Source: Balanoglossus misakiensis (taxonomy: Eukaryota; Animalia; Hemichordata). From it: a DNA stretch of 64,000 bases. Under the pieces are notes generated by a model. It was given only the letters and a program-made list of their open reading frames with translations. It had not been told where the DNA came from and ran no database searches. Location: NCBI GenBank assembly GCA_040954595.2, contig CM082585.2, forward strand, positions 2,014,902 to 2,078,901. Direction: 5' to 3'. Made by a program: the position numbers and the translations under genes. Shown in pieces: positions 11,163-21,600 of this stretch; the first letter of the stretch is position 1, and each line of letters begins with the position of its first letter.

Positions 11163-11261
11163 CTTGAAAATCGCAAAGTCTTCATATCGTCAAATAACTG
11201 CAATGCAGTACTCAGACCTTCAGAAATCATACCGTATTTCTCACCTGCTCCTGACAAAAAT
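11163..11261 (-). pseudogene. MED25: MED25 (Mediator subunit 25) VWA-domain exon
   Basis: tatttcag acceptor and gtaatt donor, 99 bp, phase 2-2. Translates [32 protein letters not shown], closely matching vertebrate MED25 [31 protein letters not shown] as recalled. Confidence 0.85.
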
Positions 11262-11425
11262 CTGAAATACAACACAGTACAATTATTTAACAAAAGGTGT
11301 ATGTAAACAATGTCTACTCTGATTGTAGACAGATTTGATTAAACATTTTATGAAACATTTAAAGGTAGGAACCTCTAATAAAAGCCAGTGAGTCAAAGGA
11401 CAAAACTGAGACTTTGTCCCTTTAA

Positions 11426-11510
11426 CCCTTTCACCCCCAGTTCCTTCTATACAGGTCGAACCTTTTCATAGATAACAATGGGTTTAGACTGAACCTTGGT
11501 TGTGAAAGGG
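11426..11510. mobile_element. 85-bp piggyBac-like MITE
   Basis: TTAA-CCCTTTCAC ... GTGAAAGGG-TTAA. Confidence 0.8.
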
Positions 11511-12506
11511 TTAATGGGCTTCAATAATGAGTTTTCTTTAAAATAAGAGGGTGTTACTTAAGGGTTATTACACTAAGTTTGGTCGATAACGCGTCATATT
11601 TGAGTGATAGTATGCCAAACTTGCATGGTATGTACAGCGTGATTACTGCACACAAACATCCCTCTGCAATACACAAACACCATCCAACTTAAAATCAAAT
11701 GCCTAACAAGTAGCTATTTGATATTTTGTGAATCGGTTTTATTCTATTCATATTATATTATTTTATATGTGATGTTGATTAACTTGCATTTTTGTCAGAA
11801 TAGAGTGGTATACATACAAGGTCTTTCTAATGTCAGGTGTCTATAAAAAGATAAGCCTGTTGCATCATTGTATAAGTGGTATAAGTCCATGGTGCCAGTA
11901 AGAATTGGGGTAGGTCTTGTAATTGGAACAGTGCATGGGGGGGGGGGGGGGGGGCTGTTATGTGCACAGTATATGTTGTTGCAGACATTTGAATGAAATA
12001 TGAAATAGCAAGAAATAGTGGGTGCATTTGTGCGACTCAATTTGTTACTATTATTTTGCAGAAGCTGAGAAAACACGCCAGTGCTGTGTACACACCTGTG
12101 CATCAAAAGGCTTCTCTGAGGATAGTCATTACACGCCCAAACGAGGGTAAATCATTCCCAGGGCAAACTATGTAAGTGTCAGTTCTTCATGTAAGCACGC
12201 CATCGCTCACACTTCTGCATCCCCCCAGTCCACGTCAGTATATACATGCATAATACACCCCTTCTCTTTAGTACCTCATGTTATCCCATGCTTGCATTTT
12301 AATACACAGTTTAATTATGTAAATTTGTTGCTTTTAACAGGGAAACATTTTTTTTTCTCAATGAATTTGTTGACATAGGTCATGTTTATTCTGAATGCAA
12401 TCATTTAGCCTTCTCTTTGTAAGTAAGTGGGGATTGAATTTTGTGAGTACTAAATGACTTTCACACCAATGTAATAATTATTGGTACTCTTTTTAATTTC
12501 AATCAG

Positions 12507-13247
12507 GTGATTCTAGACGAGGGCGAGCCTCTGCCACTGCAATATGAACGGCTTTCCAACTCCAACGTAGCGATTCCATCTGCCTGGTTGAGCATAACTT
12601 TAGGTAGATGCAAGAACAAGCCGCCATCTTACGTCATAAAAAAGCTGATGGATGGGTTGTTTAAAACCCGAACAACTGAGCGGGAAGAATACCAGCGCAT
12701 TTATTGGAACACCCTACCAGCATGTTGTAACGGCACTGACTTGTAAGTAAAAGGTTTCTTTAAAATGTCGAAATGATTGTATTCTATGATAATGACATTT
12801 TTTGCATGTCCCTGGAGTGAAATTCTTTGATTGGCTATCCCATATTCACTGGATTCAAAATAAATATCATTATAAAGGTGCATCTCATCCTTATACATTT
12901 CATTTTATTTGTTCTGACCATCTACTACAAATACACTCGATGAAATTTATCAGTTAGGTCAACAGTTTTTGTACCTGAATGATATTAAGTTTTTTTCCTG
13001 AATTTTAGTTGAATTGTGTGACTTCCGGTTGGTGGAAATTACTCGTATTGGGCAACTGCATATGTAACAATTATGCTTGGCAATCTTCTCCTTATTACTG
13101 CATGGTGTAACTGATATGTGTTTATTCTTCTCTTTTTCAGTATTTGGTGTCAACAAACTGAAGATGTCAACAAAAGAGCTGATCCATGCATTCAACGCGA
13201 AATGCGCCACATGCAAACGGGCTGTCTTAAATAAAAACAGAGTGTAG
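12507..13247 (+). pseudogene. Two-exon BEN-domain gene fragment (exons 12507-12742 and 13141-13247)
   Basis: Canonical ag/gtaagt/ttttcag sites with matching phase 1. Removing one A from the run at 12663-12666 gives ...PSYVIKKLMDGLFKPEQLSGKN...VVTALTL-FGVNKLKMSTKELIHAFNAKCATCKR..*, which fits the BEN pattern (L..LF..E.L ... I...N.KC...R). Confidence 0.6.
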
Positions 13248-13475
13248 TAGAGTAGGAAGTTTGTAGTGTAGTTTTTTATATTGGAAAAAAATTGTAGAGT
13301 AGCAAGTTTGTAGTGTAGTTTTTTTTATATTGAAAAAAAATTAGAGTAGCAAGTTGTTTGTAGTGTAGTTTTTTATATTGGAAAAACATTTTTTGCAGAG
13401 GAGCAAGTTGTGGTGTTTATATTTGTAGTGTAGCTTTTTTATTTTTTGAAAACCAATTTTTGTAGTGTGTAGTTT
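13244..13475 (+). repeat. Degenerate ~45-bp minisatellite, ~5 copies
   Basis: Repeats of GTAGAGTAGCAAGTTTGTAGTGTAGTTTTTTATATTGGAAAAAAATT starting at the BEN stop codon. Confidence 0.8.
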
Positions 13476-13614
13476 TACCATGTTGATTTTTTAGATTTCT
13501 TAACCCTGTGATTAAAATAGATTTTTTTTAAAATAAAAACTGTTAATTATAGTTTGCTTGTCTCTGAGGTTTTATGGGGGGTGGGGGTGGGTGGTTCAAT
13601 GGTACCCCTAGTTA

Positions 13615-13885
13615 ATTGTCTTGCTGCAAACTCACTGCAATGTTCAAATTTTCAAGGTGGCAATCTTGATTGCTGTGAACTCACTGCAGTATTCAAATTC
13701 CTGTGAACTCACTGCAGTATTCAAAATCTTGTTGCTGGAAGTTTGCAACAAATTTGCAAGTCCCCTAATTTGCATGGTAAAATCAGGACTGTTTGCCACT
13801 TTGCAGCAGCAGTTTGCAGTGAGTTCGCAGAATCCTGCTGCAGATTTGCGGGAGGAGTTTGCAGCAGGCCCTTTTTTCGTAAGGG
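13615..13885 (+). mobile_element. Right end of an EnSpm/CMC-like DNA transposon
   Basis: Ends ...TTTTTTCGTAAGGG (CCC-type terminus), preceded by many short subterminal repeats in both orientations (CTGCAAAC / TTTGCAG, TGTGAACTCACTGCAGTATTCAAA x2). No matching left end was found. Confidence 0.55.
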
Positions 13886-14207
13886 ATGTCCATATTATGG
13901 ACATCACGAGGATGCGTCACGTTATCGACCAAACTTAGTGTAATAACCCCTTTATCATACATGAACAGTAGCCCATAGCCAAGTGTGACAGGGCGATGCG
14001 ATCAGGTGATCAACGTATAGGCCGTAGTATCATTCTAAGAGGGTTGGCAGCTTTCATTATGATGGGCACATGTGATTCAGGTCCCTCCCATCTACCTTAG
14101 CTGAGCTTGGGATCGCTTCGCCAAAGTTTATATGACAAGGGTGTTAGCCCATTCCTATCACAATAGGCTAGCTATATCGTTTATATGCCTTAATGAATTA
14201 ATTAATA

Positions 14208-14269
14208 TGACTGACTGACGGACTGACTGACTGACTAACTGACTGACTCACTGAATGAATGAATGAAAG

Positions 14270-14303
<34 letters not shown>
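14208..14303. repeat. Compound tetranucleotide microsatellite (GACT)n(GAAT)n(CAAT)n
   Basis: Seen directly in the sequence. Confidence 0.95.
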
Positions 14304-14304
<1 letters not shown>

Positions 14305-15504
14305 TACCCAGACATGGCATGGAGGGATTCACCTCCTGTTGAGATGTTCGCACCCCCTAGCAAATTGTCACAGGTGGGGTGGTCAGTGGCCCTTAAAATG
14401 ATGTCACTCACATGATAGAGATATTAATTACATAACTCCTTTCCAGAGTGTGCTCTATTTATAGTCTGCACTATATACAGGTAAATGTGTAATGATATTT
14501 CAATAACTTTTGGAATCACAGGTCAGTAGAAAGGTTGATTGAACAAAAGGTTTTGAAATTCGTTCACCTTGTATTGGAACAGCTCTTACAGACATCACAA
14601 CATCATTCAACGCTAAATCTTCGTAACTTTTACATACTGTTAATATAAATATAATTATTTTTCTTTAAATTCATCCAAATATTACAATGTTTCTAGCAAT
14701 TTCATAGCTGTATTATAGTTATTAAGATAATACTGTGTGTATGATATATACTTTGTGGATAGGATACAGATCTTTGCTTATTACCAAGAATATAACACCA
14801 TGTGTTTGGATTTTAAATGCAGTTCGGAGCTGACTGTGTTGCATTTTGACTGCAAAATTAAAATATTTAGTTACATTTCCTTGCATTTAGTGTTGAAAAT
14901 GTCACTTTCAGCTTTAAAATGAGCACTGATATCTATGGAACTAGAAGAATTGTGCTTTCTATTCTACAACATACAACATTTACATTTAATCAAACAACAG
15001 GATGATATTTGACAGTCAATCAATAAATATAACATACGTGTGAGTTGCATGTACAAAACTAGACAGATGTATGTATGTGATATTTAAAGGGACATTAACT
15101 GTTACACATGCTCTACACAGAACTCCACTTGTCAGCATAACCTGTATGTGTGTAACGGCTATTGAAATGAATTCTAGTCCAGACTTGAATTCAAATTCAC
15201 AATAACAATACTGAACAGACACACCTATATTTCATCATGATTCAGGGATCTGAAGAAGACACTGCAGTAAATACTTAAAACAAAAATACTGAAAACAAAG
15301 TGAAAAGTTACAGCTAATGAAGCTTTAACTATGTTCAGAAACAAGTAGAACAGGCAATCAAAACACATTATAAACATTGAGAAAAACACCCAAAGTTACA
15401 TGTACTACCGGTATCTATGAGGGCCCGTTCTGGTCAAAATTGTAGTTTATTAATAAAACATGTTAGAATTAATTTTACCAGTATATAGAATTATTTTTTA
15501 TGTG

Positions 15505-17025
15505 CTTTAATTATTTTTTTGTAGTCATGCAGAATTAATTTTATGTGTTCTAAATAATTATTTTAGCTTATCTTTGTTAGAAATAATTCTGCCAACATCT
15601 CGAATTATTTTTATGTGTAGACTCGAATTAATTTCACGTGTTGTGTCGAATTAATTTCACGTTGTCAAATAATATTGCCCTTACAATCCTTTGCGCGTAA
15701 ATCAAGATGGCGGCGGCTGAGCATGTCTTTCTCGCCGCATAAAGTTAAAAAAGGGGCCGTTGTACAAGTTGTGAAACGTTTTGGGGCGATTTGCTGTCCA
15801 ATATAAATGCAGTGTGCTCGAAAACGGCGATCGGTCCACGAGTTTTGGTCTACAGACAGAATTTTCTAGTCAAACCACTCAAAACCACTACCAGTTGGTG
15901 TAATCGCCAGCCTTGCTATGGTATAGCCCAGCTCTGCGTACAGTGTTCTTGGCGTGGAGGCCGTGTCATGGCGGGAACACACAGACCTGTACACAGAGCA
16001 AGCTGTTGCCCCGCGTTGCCAATTCGCCTTGATTGAATAAATTTTGACATCTGAACATACAAAAATTGTGTTAATTTGTTATTTTCAGAACTAAGAAATA
16101 GCTGTAGGGCCCAGATCCCAGGAAACGGCGAATAAAATATTCCTTAAAATTTCCTTGTAAACTCAAGTTTTGTTTAAATAAATTTAAATTAAAAAGACAA
16201 AGTCTCTCTCTACATAACCATATTTAATGATAGCTTGCATTCTAGATTTACAACTGATAAGATAGGGTGTGGGGCATAGATAGTAAAGGGGCAGACCCCG
16301 AAGTCTCCACCTCCTCTGTAGGCTGCATTCACAAACACCATTGGAGGGTGGGGGGGGGGGGGGGGGGGTGGGCGAGAGAATTAAAAAATTTTACCGCTAA
16401 TTTTCACATGCCCCCCCCCCTCCCCCCGACACAACCCGAAATATTTACAAATCCCCCTTCCGAACTGCCAAAATTTTAAACACCCTCCCCCTCCATTTTC
16501 TTTCACAGAGCAAAACACATCACCTATCTATCTTGTAAAAGATGATATTAATTCGACACTACACCTGTAATTAATTCAAGTCTACACGTAAAAAGAATTC
16601 GATATGTTGGCAAAATTATTTCTAACAAAGATAAGCTAAAATAATTATTTAGAACACATAAAATTAATTCTGCATGACTACAAAAAATAATTAAAAACAT
16701 TGAATTCCCCCCAAAACGTCTCACAACTTGTACAACGGCCCCTTTTTCGAACTTTATGCGGCGAGAAAGACATGCTCAGCCGCCGCCATCTTGATTTAAG
16801 CGCAAAGGATTGTGGGGGCAATATTAATTTGACACAATGTAAAATTAATTCAACACAACACGTGAAATTAATTCGACAAAACACGTGATATTAATTCGAC
16901 ACTACACCTGAAATTAATTCGAGTCTACACGTAAAAAAAATTCGAGATGTTGGCAAAATTATTTCCAACAAAGATAAGCTAAAATAATTATTTAGAACAC
17001 ATAAAATTAATTCTGCATGACTACA
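15505..17025. repeat. Long inverted repeat / foldback-like element: arm 15505-15788, inverted arm 16705-17025, extra partial arm 16548-16697
   Basis: For example GTAGTCATGCAGAATTAATTTTATGTGTTCTAAATAATTATTTTAGC and CAAGATGGCGGCGGCTGAGCATGTCTTTCTCGCCGCATAAAG recur in reverse complement. The arms contain ~21-bp subrepeats TTAATTCGACACAACACGTGAAA. Confidence 0.85.
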
Positions 17026-18304
17026 TGTCGGTCTCTGGCCCATGGACTATAACCAAACAATGATAGTCCCAAATAAAGCCAAGCCATCAACTCCAATTTT
17101 GGTTTATTGGTGATGTTTTCTGCGATCATGCTGGATGCAATGCGGATATAATAAAACTACTCTGTGAAAAATATGTTTGTTTACAAATTTGTTCACCTTT
17201 GTGGGTATATTGAACAGAAAGGGTTACTCCCCTTAACCTCTCAACAAACAAACAATCTTGACAATATTTGTAAACATACATATTTTTGTCACACATTTTT
17301 ATATTAAACAAACACACACACACACTGCAAAGCAGGAGGAAGAGCTCCCTGTGGTCTTCCCACAAACGTTGGAATCACACTGCAGTGGTCGCCTGATTCA
17401 ACCAGTAAAGGTCACATGAGGTCATCAATTGTTGTCGGTTTTCTGGTTGAATATTCTCTGAAAGCACGCCTTAACATTGATATTTTGCAATTGGTGTCAA
17501 TAGTCATGAACTTTAAATAATGGAGCATCACTCGGCCCCAGTTACTAAGTTGCGATAGGGCGAAATCAACAGCGGAAACTGATTGTCGATCGTCCATGTC
17601 TCAAGCTTACCTTGTTTACGGACTGAATCAGGGGACTACAGTAACGTTATCGCGATGAATGTGATTCTACCCACACATTAAGTCGTGAAAACTATCAGTG
17701 ATATCTTAAAACACACTAAATACTGTAATGTTTCAATACTCACTCCGCCAAATCTGTATATAGGAATAATGATGGTGGACAGTGTGGGGGGCCTGAACCC
17801 ATGACTTGCAGAAAACAGCTGGTACTTGCTCGCTCCTTGGCTTTGCATGTTTTCCGCTATTCTTTCAGAGAAATATGACACCGTCCTGGATGTGTAACAA
17901 ACACTGGCCAACTAACGTCCATAGAAAAGGCGACATTGGAGTTGACGACAGAAAAAACTGGCAGATTCTCTAGCCTGCGTGTCACACATGTGTTTACAAC
18001 GAAGACACAGAACTGGTCAAAGGAAACGGGTCGAAGGTCAGCAACAGCGCCCTCTTGGGGTATATTCTGCGGAACTTTTGAAAGTTCCCGATCTCGTATC
18101 CTAAGGACGCCAGCAGAATTTCCTGCGGCATTTTAATTCTCATTCAAATATGAAAGAAACAAAACTAACCCGGTGTGAATTAGTTGGTTTAAAGGGGAGT
18201 TGGGGCAGGGTCTTCTTTCGGTAGTTTTGACCCCCAATAAGGCCTATTTACGGAGAGGATCTCTTATTCTTCAAATTTATTAATGGAAGTCGCGTATATG
18301 GGTA

Positions 18305-18445
18305 AGGGACCATTCAGTTTTTACGGCCGGGTGGGGCGGCAAAATCCAGGGGGGGGGGGGGGGGTCACTTAAATTTTGAAGTCCGAAAGTGGGGGTAATC
18401 TTTTTTTTTTAAACGTTTAGGGGGTCACATACTTTTGCCGCAAAA
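18305..18445 (+). mobile_element. Probable MITE left end (Harbinger-like), truncated
   Basis: TAAGGGACCATTCAGTTTTTACGGCCGGG followed by poly-G/GGGTCA tracts, a common MITE layout; no right TIR found. Confidence 0.35.
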
Positions 18446-18651
18446 CTTTTGCTTTGAGTCCACAAAATTGCAGTTTCGCGCCCTTAATTTTACAAGATTT
18501 TCTAATATGGGAGGGGGACACCCCATCCCACACCCACCCCTCCATTCTTCGCTACATTTCATTTATTGCCTGGTTTGTCTAGTGTACAAGGGCAGACTAC
18601 TTGCCACACCACCACACCGATGCTTACTTTGAGTGGAGTGGCAAAAGTAAA

Positions 18652-21600
18652 ATGCGCAGAACACACAGATAGGCCTATGCGCATAAGAACGTTTTCCACT
18701 AGACTCTGTGGATCGACGGATAGTTCCAAAATGCCCATGGTTGCTTCCAAACAACCTCGTTTGTTTACCGAATTCTGTTGTGAGGCACATAACACATAGA
18801 TAGGCCTATGTGCATAAGAAAGTTTTCCACTAGACTCTGTAGATCGAGAGATAGTTCTAAAATATCCATGGTTGCCTCAAAACACAGCCTCGTTTGTTTA
18901 CAAAAATCTGTTGTGATGCGCAGAACACATAGATAGGCCTATGCGCATAAGAACGTTTTCCACTAGACCTTTTAGATCGACGGATAGTTCTAAAATTTCC
19001 ATGGTTGTTTCCAAACAGCCTCGTTTATTTACCGATTTCTGTTGTGAGGCGCTGAACACATAGATAGGCCTATGCGCATAAGAAAGTTTTCCACTAGACG
19101 CTGAAGATCGACGGATAGTTCTAAAATTTCCATGGTTGCTTCCAAACAGCCTCGTTTATTTACCGATTTCTGTTGTGAGGCGCAGAACACATGATAGGCC
19201 CATGCTCATAAGAAATTTTTCCACTAGACTGTGTAGATCGAGAGATAGTTCAAAAATTTCCGTGGTTGCTTCCAAACAGCCTCGTTTGTTTACAAAATTA
19301 TTTTGTGATGCGCAGAACACATAGATAGGCCTATGCGCAAAAGAACGTTTTCCACTAGACTCTGTAGATCGATGGATAGTTCTAAAATTTACATGGGTGC
19401 TTCTAAACAGCCTCGTTTATTTACCGATTTCTGTTGTGAGGCGCTGAACACATGATAGGCCTATACGCATAAGAAAGTTTTCCACTATACTCTGTAGATC
19501 GACGGATAGTTGTAAAATTTCAATGGTTGCTTCCAAACAGCCTCGTTTATTTACCGAATTCTGTTGTGATGCGCAGAACACATGATAGGACTATGCGCAT
19601 AAGAAATTTTTCCACTAGACTCTGTAGATCGACGGGTAGTTCTAAAATTTCCATAGTTGCTTCCAAACAGCCTCGTTTATTTACCGAATTCTGTTGTTAG
19701 GCGCAGAACACGTGATAGGCCTATGCGCATAAGAAAGTTTTCCACTAGACTCTGTAGATCGACGGATAGTTCTAAAATTGCCATGGTTGCTTCCAAACAG
19801 CCTCGTTAATTTACCGATTTCTGTTGTGAGGCGCAGAACACATGATAGGCCTATGCGCATAAGAAATTTTTCCACTAGACTCTGTAGATCGACGGATAGT
19901 TCTAAAATGTCCATGGTTGCTTCCAAACAGCCTCGTTTATTTAATGAATTCTGTTGTGATGCGCAGAACACATGATAGGCCTATGCGCATAAGAATTTTT
20001 CCACTAGACTCTGTAGATCGACGGATAGTTCTAAAATATCCATACTTGCTTCCAAACAGCCTCGTTTATTTACCGAATTATGTTGTGAGGCGCAGAACAC
20101 GTGATAGGCCTATGCGCATTAGAAAGTTTTCCACTAGACTCTGTAGATCGAGAGATAGTTCTAAAATTTCCAAGGTTGCTTCCAAACACAGTCTCGTTTG
20201 TTTACAAAAGTCTGCAGTGATGCGCAGAACACATGATAGGCCTATGCGCATAAGAAACTTTTTCACTGTAGATCGACGGATAGTTCTAAAATTTCCATAG
20301 ACTCTGTAGATCGAGAGATAGTTCTAAAATTTCCATGGTTGCTTCCAAACACAGCCTCGTTTGTTTACAAAATTCTTTTGTGATGCGCAGAACACATAGC
20401 TAGGCCTATGCGCATAAGAAAGTTTTCCACTAGACTCTGTAGATCGACGGATAGTTCTAAAATGTCCATGGTTGATTTCAAACAGCCTTGTTTATTTACC
20501 GAATTCTGCTGTGATGCGCAGATCACATAGATAGGCCTATGTGCATAAGAAACTTTTCCACTAGACTCTGTAGATCGACGGATAGTTCTAAAATTTCCAT
20601 GGTTGCATCCAAACAGCCTCGTTTATTTACCGATTTCTGTTGTGAGGCGCAGAACACGTGATAGGCCTATGCGCATAAGAAAGTTTTTTACTAGACTCTG
20701 CAGATCGACGGATAGTTCTAAAATTTCCATGGTTGCTTCCAAACACAGCCTCGTTTATTTCCAAATTCTGTTGTAATGCGCAGAACACATAGATAGGCCT
20801 ATGCGCATAAGAACGTTTTCCACTAGACTCTATAGATCGACGGATAGTTCTAAAATTTCCATGGTTGCTTCCAAACACAGCCTCGTTTGTTTACAAAATT
20901 CTGCAGTGATGCGCAGAACACATGATAGGCCTATGCGCATAAGAAACTTTTTCACTGTAGATCGACGGATAGTTCTAAAATTTCCATGGTTGATTCCAAA
21001 CACAACCTCGTTTGTTTACAAAATTCTGTTGTAATGCGCAGAACACATAGCTAGGCCTATGCGCATAAGAAAGTTTTCCACTAGACTCTGTAGATCGAGA
21101 GATAGTTCTAAAATATACATGGTTGCCTCAAAACACAGCCTCGTTTGTTTACAAAATTCTGCAGTGATGCGCAGAACACATGATAGGCCTATGCGCATAA
21201 GAAACTTTTTCACTGTAGATCGACGGATAGTTCTAAAATTTCCATGGTTGTTTCCAAACAGCCTCGTTTATTTACCGATTTCTGTTGTGAGGCTCTGAAC
21301 ACATAGATAGGCCTATGCGCATAAAAAAGTTTTCCACTAGACGCTGAAGGTCGACGGATAGTTCTAAAATTTCCATGGTTGCTTCCAAACAGCCTCGTTT
21401 ATTTACCGATTTCTGTTGTGAGGCGCAGAACACATGATAGGCCCATGCGCATAAGAAATTTTTCCACTAGACTCTGTAGATCGACGGATAGTTCTAAAAT
21501 GTCCATGGTTGCTTCCAAACAAAGCCTCGTTTGTTTACAAAATTCTGTTGTGATACGCAGAACACATATATAGGCCTATGTGCATATGAACGTTTCCCAC

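Larger units (their letters stand above)
11561..13951. mobile_element. TIR element (PIF/Harbinger-like) with nested sequence
   Basis: Perfect 30-bp TIR GGGTTATTACACTAAGTTTGGTCGATAACG at 11562-11591 and 13920-13949. TTA flanks both ends (11558-11560, 13952-13954) if a 1-bp indel in the G run is allowed. Confidence 0.75.

Noticed and set aside
13885-13905. Perfect 21-bp hairpin GATGTCCATA-T-TATGGACATC
   Set aside because: Real, but most simply a subterminal feature of the enclosing TIR element; no evidence of independent function.
17412-17911. Short minus-strand ORFs downstream of a CpG-rich, promoter-like stretch
   Set aside because: No recognisable domain or consistent splice structure.
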